From Macrostomum lignano (taxonomy: Eukaryota), in assembly GCA_002269645.1 (NCBI GenBank), contig NIVC01000847.1, positions 63,820-127,819 of the forward strand: a DNA stretch of 64,000 nt, written 5' to 3'. A model generated the notes under the pieces. It saw nothing but the letters and a program-made list of their open reading frames with translations, ran no database searches and was not told the origin of the DNA. Both the position numbers and the translations under genes were made by a program. Shown here one piece after another: positions 17,205 to 30,804 of the stretch; the first letter of the stretch is position 1; every line of letters begins with the position of its first letter.

Positions 17205-18612
17205 TTCTTCAAGGTCTGTGTGAATCTTCAAGGTCTGTGTGAATCTTCAAGGTCTGTGTGAATCTTCTAGGTCTGTGTTAATCTTCTAGGTCTGTGTGAA
17301 TCTTCAAGGTCTGTGTGAATCTTCAAGGTCTGTGTGAATCTTCAAGGTCTGTGTGAATCTTCTAGGTCTGTGAGAATCTTCTAGGTCTGTGTGAATCTTC
17401 TAGGTCTGTGTGAATCTTCTAGGTCTGTGTGAATCTTCTAGGTCTGTGTGAATCTTCAAGGTCTGTGTGAATCTTCAAGGTCTGTGTGAATCTTCAAGGT
17501 CTGTGTGAATCTTCTAGGTCTGTGTTAATCTTCTAGGTCTGTGTGAATCTTCAAGGTCTGTGTGAATCTTCAAGGTCTGTGTGAATCTTCAAGGTCTGTG
17601 TGAATCTTCTAGGTCTGTGAGAATCTTCTAGGTCTGTGTGAATCTTCTAGGTCTGTGTGAATCTTCTAGGTCTGTGTGAATCTTCTAGGTCTGTGTGAAT
17701 CTTCTAGGTCTGTGTGAATCTTCTAGGTCTGTGTGAATCTTCTAGGTCTGTGTTAATCTTCTAGGTCTGTGTGAATCTTCTAGGTCTGTGTGAATCTTCT
17801 AGGTCTGTGTGAATCTTCTAGGTCTGTGTTAATCTTCTAGGTCTGTGTTAATCTTCTAGATCTGTGTGAATCTTCAAGGTCTGTGTGAATCTTCAAGGTT
17901 TGTCTGAATCTTCAAAGTTCGTGTGAATCTTCAAGGTCTGTGTGAATCTTCAAGGTCTGTGTGAATCTTCTAGGTCTGTGTGAATCTTCAAGGTCTGTGT
18001 GAATCTTCAAGGTCTGTGTGAATCTTCTAGGTCTGTGTGAATCTTCAAGGTCTGTGTGAATCTTCAAGGTCTGTGTGAATCTTCTAGGTCTGTGTGAATC
18101 TTCAAGGTTTGTCTGAATCTTCAAAGTTCGTGTGAATCTTCAAGGTCTGTGTGAATCTTCTAGGTCTGTGTTAATCTTCTAGGTCTGTGTGAATCTTCTA
18201 GGTCTGTGTGAATCTTCTAGGTCTGTGTTAATCTTCTAGGTCTGTGTTAATCTTCTAGATCTGTGTGAATCATCAAGGTCTGTGTTAATCTTCAAGGTTT
18301 GTGTGAATCTTCAAAGTTCGTGTGAATCTTCAAGGTCTGTGTGAATCTTCAAGTTTTGTGTGAATATGAAATGTCTGTGTGAATATTAAATGTCTGTGTG
18401 AATATTAAATGTCTGTGTGAATCTTCAAAGTTTGTGTGAATCGTCAAGGTTTGTGTGAATCTTCAAAGTTTGTGTGAATCGTCAAGGTTTGTGTCAATCT
18501 TCAAGGTTTGCGTGAATTTTCTAGGTCTGTGTCAATCTTCAAGGTTTGTGTGAATCTTCTAGGTCTGTGTCAATCTTCAAGGTTTCTGTGAATCTTCAAG
18601 GTTCTGTGTGAA
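17205..18612. repeat. Minisatellite, 19 bp AGGTCTGTGTGAATCTTC(A/T)
   Basis: Tandem copies. Confidence 0.95.
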
Positions 18613-19619
18613 GCTTCGGATTGGTAAAGATAAACTTTTGAGCTGGTATCCTCTGGTCCATAACGGATTCACCGATCTTGTACGCACAGCATGTTGTGGG
18701 CTGGAGCTGCAAAACAGTGCCTGCTCATTAGTCACAGTGCCGACAACGACATACTTATATAATTGTCTTTCAACCACACGCATACTTATATACCTGCCTT
18801 GTCTACTAAAAGCAAAACTTGGCAAAACTGAGTGGTGTATGTTACAGCATTGTCATTAACCTGATGGGTCGAGGGCAGGGGCACCGCGTCCCATACGGCA
18901 TTTAGATCAGACTCTTATCTATCATAACATGTTGTTGCATGGTCAGGCCAGATAACAACCCTTCTGTTTCTTAAACTCTCACTCCCCCTCCAGCCCTATA
19001 AACCCCGGAACTTGGGCGCGCACCTCTCTCTCTCTCGAATAACTCTTGTTTCCAAGCCGCTTGGCAGCAAAGTGGGCGGAACTGAAGTCGCTCCTCTAGA
19101 AGTATATCTTAACCATCTGACAGACAGACATCAGCCTTGACAGACCCGGGCTCAACTGACTGTATTATGCATAGATAGATTCTCTTAGGACTGGTGCCAT
19201 CTGACTTTGTGTTCCCCTCGCTTCCACTCCAGTGGACATTGTGCGGCCGTCCTGTCTGTCTCTAAATGCGGGAATTTGGTTCTGGGAAATGAGAATTATA
19301 TGCTTGCCAACACAGTTTTTGTTTTATGCGAGTCACGGAAGCCAGTCAAATTAAAATGGCTGTGGAGAACAAAACAATGGTGATGTTTGGAATTTGTTTA
19401 GTAAAAATTATAGAAATGTGTGTGCTAAAGTAAGTTGTCTGCTTGGCTTTCGTGGGGTTGGGGTTCGATTTTGGTTGAGCCCCCTCCTCCTTCAGACAAG
19501 ACTCCCATTTTGCCTCTCTGTCAGCCAGTTTTCAATCCACTCTGAGTTGTGTTGAGCTTGGCTTTGTTGCAAAACATCTCTGTAGGCCTTTTGTTTGGTT
19601 GTTTATTTTCATTAAGTCA

Positions 19620-20485
19620 TGATCCCATCTGCTGACTTCCCAATTCAAGTAGTTGAGATCCCATCCGCTGACTTCCCAATTCAAGTAGTTGAGATCCCAT
19701 CCGCAGACTTTTTCCAATAAAGTTAAGATCCCATCTGCAGATTTCTCCCAATAAAGTTGAAATCCCATCCGGAGACTTCTCCCAATAAAGTTGAAATCCC
19801 ATCCGGAAATTTCTCCAAATAAAGTTAAAATCCCATCCGCAGACTTCTCCCAATAAAGTTGAGATCCCATCCGCAGATTTCTCCCAATAAAGTTGAGATG
19901 CCATCCACTGACTTCCCCCCAATAAAGTTGAGATCCCATCCACTGACTTCCCCCCAATAAAGTTGAGATGCCATCCACTGACTTCCCCCCAATAAAGTTG
20001 AGATGCCATCCACTGACTTCCCCCCAATAAAGTTGAGATCCCATCCGCTGATTCTCCCAATAAAGTTGAGATCCCATCCGCTGATTTCTCCCAATCAAGT
20101 TGAAATCCCATCTGCAGACTTCTTCTAATAAAGTTGAGATCCCATCCGCAGACTTCTCCCAATAAAGTTGAGATCCCATCCGCTGATTTCTCCCAATAAA
20201 GTTGAAATCACATCCGCTGCCTTCTTTCAATAAAGTTGAGATCCCTTCCGCTGACTTCCCCCAATAAAGTTGAGATCCCATCCGCTGATTTCTCCCAATA
20301 AAGTTGAGATCCCATCCGCTGATTTCTCCCAATAAAGTTGAGATCCCATCCGCAGATTTCTCCCAATAAAGTTGAGATCCCATCCGCAGATTTCTCCCAA
20401 TAAAGTTGAGATCCCATCCACTGACTTCCCCCAATAAAGTTGAGATCCCATCTGCAGGCTTCCCCATTAAAATTAAGATTCCCAA
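19620..20485. repeat. Minisatellite, ~34 bp CCAATAAAGTTGAGATCCCATCCGCTGATTTCTC
   Basis: Tandem copies. Confidence 0.93.
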
Positions 20486-21024
20486 CCAAATAGTCCTACA
20501 TTTCCATTGTATCCCACTAAACTATATAAACATTGAGCATTAAATAGCAAATCTAAATTAGGCATAACCACAGCTTTTTGTATTGTTCTCTAGCACCTAA
20601 TCATCTCTATGCTTTCAATTAAATTTGCACTACGCTAATAGATAAACCTAACCTAGCAACTTGGCCTCGTGAACAACAATGACCTGTTGCTATTTTCATA
20701 GCCAGCCCTGTTCTGTTCAAGCTTTTTAAAAAAAAACAATTTCAACACAACAAATTCTCACCTAATTGTGAGAATGCATTATGCCACGAGTTTTCTATTT
20801 TTAGTAAGAGTTTTGGTTGGGTCGCTAATTGGCACCAATTTATCACCTTGTGCTACAAATTGACAATTTGTTAATTTTTGCTATGGCACGACAGACACCT
20901 GGCTTATAGGTGAGCTAATTCAATTATGAAGCGCTTTCGGGGTTATTGGAAATGCTCTGAGTATGGCTGTGACAGGGAGAGAGAAAAGGTAGGTTGGCTT
21001 GGGGCTAGGGATTGAGCTTAGAGA

Positions 21025-22340
21025 GAGATGGATAGTGGGAGAGGGGGAGATGGATAATGGGAGAGTGGGAGGTGGATAGTGGGAGAGGGGGAGATGGATA
21101 ATGGGAGAGTGGGAGGTGGATAGTGGGAGAGGGGGAGATGGATAATGGGAGAGTGGGAGGTGGATAGTGGGAGAGGGGAGAGGGGAGAGATCAGAGAGGG
21201 AATAGATAAGGGAGATGGGAGAGATCAGAGAGGGAATAGATAAGGGAGATGGGAGAGATCAGAGAGGGAATAGATAAGGGAGATGGGAGAGATCAGAGAG
21301 GGAATAGATAAGGGAGATGGGAGAGATCAGAGAGGGAATAGATAAGGGAGATGGGAGAGATCAGAGAGGGAATAGATAAGGGAGATGGGAGAGATCAGAG
21401 AGGGAATAGATAAGGGAGAGGGGAGAGATCAGAGAGGGAATAGATAAGGGAGATGGGAGAGATTAGAGAGGGAATAGATAAGGGAGATGGGAAAGATCAG
21501 AGAGGGAATAGATAAGGGAGATGGGAGAGATTAGAGAGGGAATAGATAAGGGAGATGGGAGAGATCAGAGAGGGAATAGATAAGGGAGATGGGAGAGATC
21601 AGAGAGGGAATAGATAAGGGAGATGGGAGAGATCAGAGAGGGAATAGATAAGGGAGATGGGAGAGATCAGAGAGGGAATAGATAAGGGAGATGGGAGAGA
21701 TTAGAGAGGGAATAGATAAGGGAGATGGGAGAGATCAGAGAGGGAATAGATAAGGGAGAGGAGAGAGATTAGAGAGGGAATAGATAAGGGTGATGGGAGA
21801 TGGGAGAGATCAGAGAGGGAATAGATAAGGGAGATGGGAGATGGGAGAGATCAGAGAGGGAATAGATAAGGGAGATTGGAGAGATTAGAGAGGGAATAGA
21901 TAAGGGAGATGGGAGATGGGAGAGATCAGAGAGGGAATAGATAAGGGAGAGGGGAGAGATTAGAGAGGGAATAGATAAGGGAGATGGGAGATGGGAGAGA
22001 TCAGAGAGGGAATAGATAAGGGAGATGGGAGAGGGGAGAGATCAGAGAGGGAATAGATAAGGGAGATGGGAGAGATCAGAGAGGGAATAGATAAGGGAGA
22101 TGGGAGATGGGAGAGATCAGAGAGGGAATAGATAAGGGAGATGGGAGATGGGAGAGATCAGAGAGGGAATAGATAAGGGAGATGGGAGATGGGAGAGATC
22201 AGAGAGGGAATAGATAAGGGAGATGGGAGAGATCAGAGAGGGAATAGATAGGGGAGATGGGAGAGATCAGAGAGGGAATAGATAAGGGAGATGGGAGATG
22301 GGAGAGATCAGAGAGGGAATAGATAAGGGAGATGGGAGAG
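21025..22340. repeat. Purine-rich minisatellite, 34 bp GGGAGAGATCAGAGAGGGAATAGATAAGGGAGAT, upstream of Hmx
   Basis: Tandem copies. Confidence 0.95.
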
Positions 22341-22829
22341 GAAATCAATAGGAAGTGCTTTGTTGGTACGTAAAAGCCTAACCCAGATGAATTCTGCAAT
22401 CTGAGACCGATTGCTTTTCTCCAAAGCATGTCTATTAGCGTTTCAAATCCAAGTCTGTCCGCTTATCAAACCGGCTTAATTTAGCTCCACCAGGGAAATT
22501 CGGAGCTCACAGCTCATTCGCTCCGAAGCGGCGCATCCTGAGAAGCGCCACCCGGGTAAGATTGCCGTCAGCCACCCTTCTCTGGACCAATGGCAGCCGG
22601 CCTGGCTCAGGGGCTGGGGTGGGAGGCCTGAGCATGGGGTGGGGAGTCCACTGTTGCGTCAAGGTGAGTAGGCAGGAGGGCGGGTTGGGGGGGGTTTGGC
22701 TCCACGAAAGGAGAATAAAAATTGTCGCTTAAAAGTTGCAAAGGGAAAAGAAAGCCTTAGAGAGAGAGAGAGTTTCGCCAGGACCAGCAAGGCAGCCAGC
22801 CAACTCGCTTGTACAGAAGTTCAAATTCA

Positions 22830-25800
22830 ATGGCAGCTACTCAGCAGCAACAGGCGGATGCGACTGATGCGGAACAGGATGCAGCTGGACTGCTGCCCGA
22901 CCATCAGTCACCGCAGCAGAAGCCGAGCTCAGCCTCACTTGGCGGCAAACGGGCCGCCCCACAGCATAGCAACAGTCGCAGCGGCTTCAGCATCAGCAGC
23001 ATCCTCCGAATGCCGGCCAACAAGCGGCCGAGAGACTCGTCGACTGTTGAGGACGGCGACTCGCCGCCGCCGCCGCCGCCGCAAGAAGACATACCGCAGT
23101 CCCTGCCGCAGCAGCAGCAGCCGCGGCTTCCCTCGCCGGTCTCCATGCCACTGGACCTGAGCGATCCCCGGTCGCATCTGGCCGCCAGTCTGGCCGCCGC
23201 TGCAGCCGCCGCGGCCGCCGGCAGCCAGGGCTTCCCTGTGCTGGCCTTCCCGCCTGGACATCCGCTGCTGCACCAGGCCTACTTGGAGATGCAGGCCAAA
23301 GCAGCCGCTGCCGCCGCTCTCTGCCAGCCCTGCTGGTTCCCGGGTCCGCAGCCGCAGCATCTGGCAGTTCAGCAGGGTCACCAGCTATCGCTGCCTGCGC
23401 CGCCTATGCAGCAGCAGCAGCAGCAGCAGCAGGAGCAGCTACCACCGCACAGCACCGCAGCCGCTGCCTTCCTGCGCCACTGTTTTGCTGAAGCTTCCAG
23501 CGGCGGCGGGATGATCTCAGTTAGCGGCAGCGGCCTTGGCAAAATCGGTTAGTGAAATTCTCGATTCCTGCACCTTCCCTAAGAAATCGGTTGCGCAAAT
23601 TCTCTAATTATTTTTGCTTTTTTTGACTTTGCGAAAGAAAGAAATGAGCTAGCTATAGGATTGCCTCGAGGGCGGGACGATTAGCGCATTGCTGCACAAC
23701 TGTCAGTGGAGTTGTTTGGCTGAGCTGCGAAGTGGCTGCAGTTGACTTCATCAACTGCACCGCCCTAGGGGCGGGGTAGACGCGCTGGGGAATAATAGAA
23801 TGATTCAATTATGCTTGAAATCGCCTCGAGGGATAAATTATAGTTTTAGGAAACTGTCAAGTAGGCATAAACTGTTAATAGAGGCAACCATAAACAGCAA
23901 TGAAACACTGCTATAACCGAATATTGCAGGGAAAAAAGTTAGGTTGGTGTGTTTTCAAATTTTTTTCGATTCGTGTCTTCTCTTTTCCTGTATTTTTTTT
24001 CAACTAATTGAAAGACGCCTGGAATTGAGCACGATTACCAAAATGAGCAGTGGGTTAGATGAAAAAACACACCCCCAACTGGCTCGAAGTTTGCGTGATT
24101 CGAATTGCCCTCCTGTCTCAATAATTGAGTTTTCATAAACTCAAACTTCTGTACATTGAGCACAAAGACTCTCTACACACAAAGAGCGAGTGATCTAAGA
24201 GATTAGAATCTGTCTCAGACTCTCAGTTCGTGTTTTGGAGCAGGGCTTGAGCAGCCATTCACCGGAAGCTTAATTCTCTCTAAGAGTCAAAGTTGTTAAT
24301 TTGAGCCGACATAAATTTTGTTTCGCTTCCGAAGTCTGTCTCTCTTAAGTCTCACCTCTCGATTCTCACCTGGGGGGGGGGCTGTCAAAAAAGTGGCTAA
24401 TCACAGTTCTAAGCAAGCTCCGCCCAGACCCGCCACCGTCAATTAAAAACCTTGACTGACAGACAGAGGGGCTTGGTAGTCCCAGTCTTGCAAAATTAAG
24501 CACAAAGATCTTGTCAGGTTGCAATTGTAAATTTGGAATACAAAACCATCAAAAATTTGGTTCCTTTATGTATACCCTTTTTTATTAGTTTTGTTAAACT
24601 AGCTGCGATGTGTAAACTGTGCAGACTCTGGCACTCTTGCTTAAATTTATTTCCAATCACTTCTTGTCATCCTTTCCAGTTCTGTACATCTCTATCCATC
24701 TGTCATCTGTCTCTATCCATCTGTCATCTGTCTCTATCCATCTGTCATCTGTCTCTATCCATCTGTCATCTGTCTCTATCCATCTCTCATCTGTCTCTAT
24801 CCATCTGTCATCTGTCTCTATCCATCTGTCATCTGTCTCTATCCATCCCTCATCTGTCTCTATCCATCTCTCATCTGTCTCTATCCATCTGTCATCTGTC
24901 TCTATCCATCCCTCATCTGTCTCTATCCATCCCTCATCTGTCTCTATCCATCTGTCATCTGTCTCTATCCATCTGTCATCTGTCTCTATCCATCTGTCAT
25001 CTGTCTCTATCCATCTCTCATCTGTCTCTATCCATCTCTCATCTGTCTCTATCCATCTCTCATCTGTCTTTATCCATCTCTATCCATCTCTATCCATCTC
25101 CTACCCAACTCTATCCATCTCCTATTCATCTCTATCCATCTCCTATCCATCTCTATCCATCTCCTATCCATCTCTATCCATCTTTTATTCATCTCTATCC
25201 ATCTCTTATCCATCTCTATCCATCTCCTATCCATCTCTATCCATATTTTATTCATCTCTATCCATCTCTTATCCATCTCTATCCATCTCTTACAAGCTGA
25301 AAGCGATAGTGAAAGAGAGAAAAATTGTCTAAATTTTAACCAGCAGGTCAGCCGCAACAACAGCAGCAGCCGCAGCAGCAGAACCCGCTCACCACTGGCT
25401 ACCGGCCCCCAGCTGGCCACCACGGGTCGTCGGCAAAGTCACGTCGTTCGACCAGCTCCGTCGCCGCCGCCGCTGCCGCTGCAGCTGCCGCTGCCACGGA
25501 CGCAAACGACGCCTTGGACGGTGTCGGAGCGACGGCGGGGGAGCCGGCGACCGATGCGTCGGACGTGAGCGACCCCATTGGGCCCGGAGGCGATCATGTC
25601 GACGATGAGGATGCCGCTGCGGCGTCCGCGATGCTGGACGACGACGTCGACATGGACGACGAAGACGACGATGGCGTCGGCGGCGGCGGCGGCCTCGACG
25701 ACTCAAAAGACGACGATGCCGCCGACTGTCGGGACGGCTCGACGGCCTCCGGCCTGGCGTCGCTGAAGCGGAAGAAGAAGACCCGGACGGTGTTCTCCCG

Positions 25801-26329
25801 GTCGCAGGTGTTCCAGCTCGAGTCCACATTCGACATGAAGCGCTACCTGTCCAGCTCCGAGCGGGCCGGCCTGGCCCACGCGCTGCAGCTGACGGAGACT
25901 CAGGTGAAAATTTGGTTTCAAAACCGGCGCAACAAGTGGAAACGGCAGCTGGCCGCGGAGATCGAAGCGGCCAACTTGGCGGCGGCGAACCTGGTGGCGG
26001 CCAACCGCATGGTCCGCGTGCCCATCCTGTACCACGACCAGAAACCGCAGAGTCCCAACGCTTCAGATGCAGAATCCAACGCTGGCAGCGCCGCTGGTAA
26101 CGCCGGCTCCGGTGAAGGTGTCGCCAGCGGCAGCGGCGGCGTTGGCAACGGCGGCAGCGGCGGTGTCAGCAGCGGAGGCAACGGCGGTGCCTCCGCCACT
26201 AAGGCGGCAACAACGTTTGCCTCGGCGTCCGGCCCGACGTTCTCGGGCCCGTTCCCCAATCCGCTCTACCTGAGCGCCCCCGGCTTCAGCTCGCCAATGC
26301 GGCCTGGCGGACTTCCCGGCATGGTTTGA
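22830..26329 (+). CDS. Hmx: HMX/NK5 (H6-family) homeobox transcription factor, 2 exons, ~566 aa
   Basis: Exon 1 22830-23547 (ATG GCA GCT; eh1 motif FSISSIL; donor G|gttagt), exon 2 25347-26329 (cagcag|, phase 1). Homeodomain [62 protein letters not shown], followed by the HMX-specific AAEIEAANL and [10 protein letters not shown] motifs. AATAAA at 26968. Confidence 0.96.
24689..25292. repeat. Pyrimidine-rich minisatellite, 21 bp TCTATCCATCTGTCATCTGTC (Hmx intron)
   Basis: Tandem copies. Confidence 0.93.
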
Positions 26330-26399
26330 CTGCGTGACTGTTGGCCGGGGCGCCCTTTGACTTGGAGCTTATCGCTTGCTCGCTACAGCTCTCTGAATG

Positions 26400-26785
26400 C
26401 CTGCCCCGATAGCACCCACCCCAATACTCTGAACCCCTACCCCTGCCCCGATAGCACGCACCCCAAAACCCTGAACCCCTACCCCATGCCCCCGATAGCA
26501 CCCACCCCAATACTCTGAACCCCACCCCCTGCCCCCGATAGCACGCACCCCAACACTCTGAACCCCTACCCCTGCCCCGATAGCACCCACCCCAACACTC
26601 TGAACCCCCTACCCCTGCCCCGATAGCACGCACCCCAACACTCTGAACCCCTACCCCTGCCCCGATAGCACCCACCCCAACACTCTGAACCCCCCTACCC
26701 CTGCCCCGATAGCACCCACCCCAACACTCTGAACCCCTACCCCTGCCCCGATAGCACCCACCCCAACACTCTGAACCCCTACCCC
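26400..26785. repeat. C-rich minisatellite, ~42 bp CTGCCCCGATAGCACCCACCCCAACACTCTGAACCCCTACCC (predicted Hmx 3' UTR)
   Basis: About 9 tandem copies between the stop codon and AATAAA. Confidence 0.92.
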
Positions 26786-27453
26786 AGTAGCATACACACC
26801 AGTTCATGCTGATCAGAAGAATAATATTGAATGCATATTGGTACATGCATATAGTATATGCACACAAAAGTTAATACACACCTATATATTACTGACACAC
26901 TCATAGCCCGCATACATTGATCCAACCACCCTCAGCGCTGTCTGGCTTAAACTTTAAAAACTTTTTTAATAAACATTTTTGCTTAATATTATTCGTTAAC
27001 TCTGTAGTTTCTTGAATTAACTTAAACTATGTTTTGTTCTTTTCATGGCTTCTCTCTGCATAGCCTAACGCCCCTGTGTCACTGTTGTGAACCAACAAGA
27101 GAATTAAAAATGCGATGTTTTAGTATTTGCTTCTATTCTTGTATTTACTTTTTTATTATATCATTCGGAAAAGCCGTTCGGTCGGTTCGGACAAATTGAC
27201 ACACATGTAAATTGTTTAAAACAAAATTTCATTCCTAAATGCCTCTCTAAGCTCTTAATATTGTTGCGTCATTCTTTAGTCAACTTCATGCTTTGGTTTA
27301 ACAGCGGAGAAAGCGCGTATCCATGATATTAATATATATAAATATGATCTCAAACATAAATATAAACTTGTCGACTATATATTGTGTTCTATAACTACGT
27401 TTTCAGCCTTTGAAATAACAAATAATTTAATTGATTATCAGATAGATATAGAA

Positions 27454-28530
27454 TGGTATAAGCGCGCACTGGTATAAGCGCACAGTCGCACACTGGTATA
27501 CGGGCGCACTGGTATAAGCGCACACTGGTATAAGCGCACACTGGTATAAGCGCGCACTGGTATAAGCGCACACTGGTATAAGCGCGCACTGATATAAGCG
27601 CACACTGGTATAAGCGCACGCTGGTATAAGCGCACAGTCGCGCACTGATATAAGCGCACAGTCGCACACTGGTATACGGGCGCACTGATATAAGCGCACA
27701 CTGGTATAAGCGCGCACTGGTATAAGCGCACACTGGTATAAGCGCACACTGGTATAAGCGCACGCTGGTATAAGCGCACACTGGTATAAGCGCACACTGG
27801 TATAAGCGCACACTGGTATAAGCGCACGCTGGTATAAGCGCACAGTCGCGCACTGGTATAAGCGCACGCTGGTATAAGCGCACACTGGTATAAGCGCACG
27901 CTGGTATAAGCGCACGCTGGTATAAGCGCACAGTCGCGCACTGGTATAAGCGCACGCTGGTATAAGCGCACGCTGGTATAAGCGCACAGTCGCGCACTGG
28001 TATAAGCGCACGCTGGTATAAGCGCACACTGGTATAAGCGCACGCTGGTATAAGCGCACGCTGGTATAAGCGCACAGTCGCGCACTGGTATAAGCGCACG
28101 CTGGTATAAGCGCACGCTGGTATAAGCGCACAGTCGCGCACTGGTATAAGCGCACGCTGGTATAAGCGCACACTGGTATAAGCGCACGCTGGTATAAGCG
28201 CACGCTGGTATAAGCGCACAGTCGCGCACTGGTATAAGCGCACGCTGGTATAAGCGCACGCTGGTATAAGCGCACAGTCGCGCACTGGTATAAGCGCACG
28301 CTGGTATAAGCGCACACTGGTATAAGCGCACGCTGGTATAAGCGCACACTGGTATAAGCGCACAGTCGCGCACTGGTATAAGCGCACGCTGGTATAAGCG
28401 CACACTGGTATAAGCGCACGCTGGTATAAGCGCACAGTCGCGCACTGGTATAAGCGCACGCTGGTATAAGCGCACACTGGTATAAGCGCACGCTGGTATA
28501 AGCGCACAGTCGCGCACTGGTATAAGCGCC
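27454..28530. repeat. Minisatellite, 16 bp CTGGTATAAGCGCAC(A/G) with periodic GTCGCGCA insertions
   Basis: Tandem copies with higher-order structure. Confidence 0.95.
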
Positions 28531-29185
28531 ATTAGTGCCAAATATTGTTTCATGATTTGTCAATCTTTTGGTCCAGCTTAATGAGTTTTGAGTTCCGCTG
28601 CACCCTATGCCAAACTCTGTGCTATAAAAGTGCGCTCTTATGCAAGCATCCCAACTTCTTTGATCAATGCTTTCTAGACTTTTTCATCACTGACAAAGCG
28701 GTTCTATCATGTTACTCGGGCTTCGGAAATTGGCTCTCTTTAGTCAGTCGCAGATTCTAACTCCTTAATTAGTGTTGCAGAGTTCTAAATCATCTACCTG
28801 GTCAGGGGGAGGGGGGTAGGTGGGACTCTTGCGGATATAGAATCGACTTCCTGTCTCCTGTCAGCCCATTTTGTCTCGCCCGCTTGGCCACACTTGGACA
28901 GCTCAAGCCGGCCAATAAAAGGAGGTGAATTAATTGGGGAAATTAAAAATAGGGAACAGAAAAATTGAAATCTGATTGCCCGGAGGGTGACGGGCTGCGG
29001 AGCGGCGCAGAGATCGCTTGAGAGATAGGCAGCCGGCAGAGGCATTCCCACTGTTGTCTTATCTGGGTGCTTCATCATTTTTAATTATCAACTCGACTGT
29101 GCTCAACTCTGTAGGTACAGATTGCTTTTTGCACCTTTTTTGCTTTCCTTACTGCGTCTGGCTTTTGCTTTGTAATTTATTAACT

Positions 29186-29670
29186 CTCTCTCCTCTCCTC
29201 TCCTCTCCTCTCCTCTCCTCTCCTCTCCTCTCCTCTCCTCTCCTCTCCTCTCCTCTCCTCTCCTCTCCTCCCCTCTCCTCTCCTCTCCTCTCCTCTCCTC
29301 TCCTCTCCTCTCCTCTCCTCTCCTCTCCTCTCCTCTCCTCTCCTCTCCTCTCCTCTCCTCCCCTCTCCTCTCCTCTCCTCTCCTCTCCTCTCCTCTCCTC
29401 TCCTCTCCTCTCCTCTCCTCTCCTCCCTCTCCTCTCCTCTCCTCTCCTCTCCTCTCCTCTCCTCTCCTCTCCTCTCCTCTCCTCTCCTCTCCTCTCCTCT
29501 CCTCTCCTCTTCTCTCCTCTCCTCTCCTCTCCTCTCCTCTCATCTCCTCCCCTCTCCTATCCTCTCCTCCCCTCTCCTCTCCTCTCCTCTCCTCTCCTCT
29601 CCTCTCCTCTCCTCTCCTCTCCTCCCTCTCCTCTCCTCTCCTCCCCTCTCCTCTCCTCTCCTCTCCTCTT
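29186..29670. repeat. (CCTCT)n pentanucleotide microsatellite
   Basis: Direct reading. Confidence 0.97.
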
Positions 29671-30804
29671 CTCTCCTTTCTTCTACCCTTCTTTGCTCTA
29701 TTCTCCTTTCCTCTACTTTCCTTTCCTCCCTCCTCTCCTCTTTTATCTCACCTCTCTTTAATCCTCTCTATCTTCTCTCATTCTAAGTCGCATCAATATC
29801 TCTTCCCACTGTTGCTAGTCTCATTCCAATCTCAATCATAGAAAAATCCAGCCAGACCAAGCGTCAAAAGAAGGCGCCGACAAAGCACAATAACTTTCGC
29901 AAGAGACTTCGACAGTTTCAACACCCGCAAGTTCGATTGTTTTTTTGCAATCGATTTAACGCCAAAACATAACGAAACTTCGTAAGCTGATCTGCCTGCG
30001 TGTCCCCCTCCTTGATGGAGGAATCAATTCCGTTCTCTGCGCTGCTTCCGCCCCCGAAGCAACCTGAATCAATCGAGTTTCGAGCGGGTCACGCAGGTGG
30101 TTGATGAAGATTCAGAGGATTGTATGAGAGGCTGGGAAGAAGACTAGCTTAGGTGCGAATTATCCAGTGATTACCGTCACACGTTGAAAAGCCATCTGAT
30201 GCTCGAACTGATGCTCGGCTCTCGGGTCCCTACTTAACAAGGCCGCTAAATCAACGTAATTAAGAGCGTAGAAAGCCGAGAATGCCTGTCTTTACCTGGC
30301 TTTTACAATCGGCAAATCTTGCCTTAATGAGGCCTCAAACAGGGCAGGGCATTAATCCCCCCCCCCTATAACCCACCCCCATGACTGATGATGGAGGAGG
30401 CCGGGAGGAAAAAAGGCAGTCCCTGCTGCTTATCATCGAGCTCTCAGTTGCATCGCGACAAACCAATCTCTGAATGCCTTAATCTCACTGTCCCCTCGTC
30501 TCCACTCCGCTCACCTTCTTAATTAGTCAATGTTTCGAACTGGAAAGGAGCTTCCCAGCCCCGCACCTTGGGAGTAGCTGAGACGGTGAGACGGGAAAAA
30601 TTATATGACTTGGTTAGTCCAGCCCACCAGCGAAGATTTAACTAGAAATCGGTTTGACTTTTTTGATCAATTAATTGTAAATCATTGCGTCTCCTCTCCT
30701 TCAAGCAGCTCATTGCTCATTTATTAGACATTCAAATGTGTAAATTTGCTAAATAAAAATACTCGTAAAATCTTGATCATGGTGTGATGATCTACGGACT
30801 TTGC

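Noticed and set aside
25389-26259. Antisense ORFs over Hmx exon 2 (and similar ones over Scm and INTS1 exons)
   Set aside because: Shadow ORFs expected from GC-rich coding sequence; no recognisable domains.
27395-28563. 370-aa repetitive minus-strand ORFs
   Set aside because: Translation of the 16-bp CTGGTATAAGCGCACA satellite in three frames.
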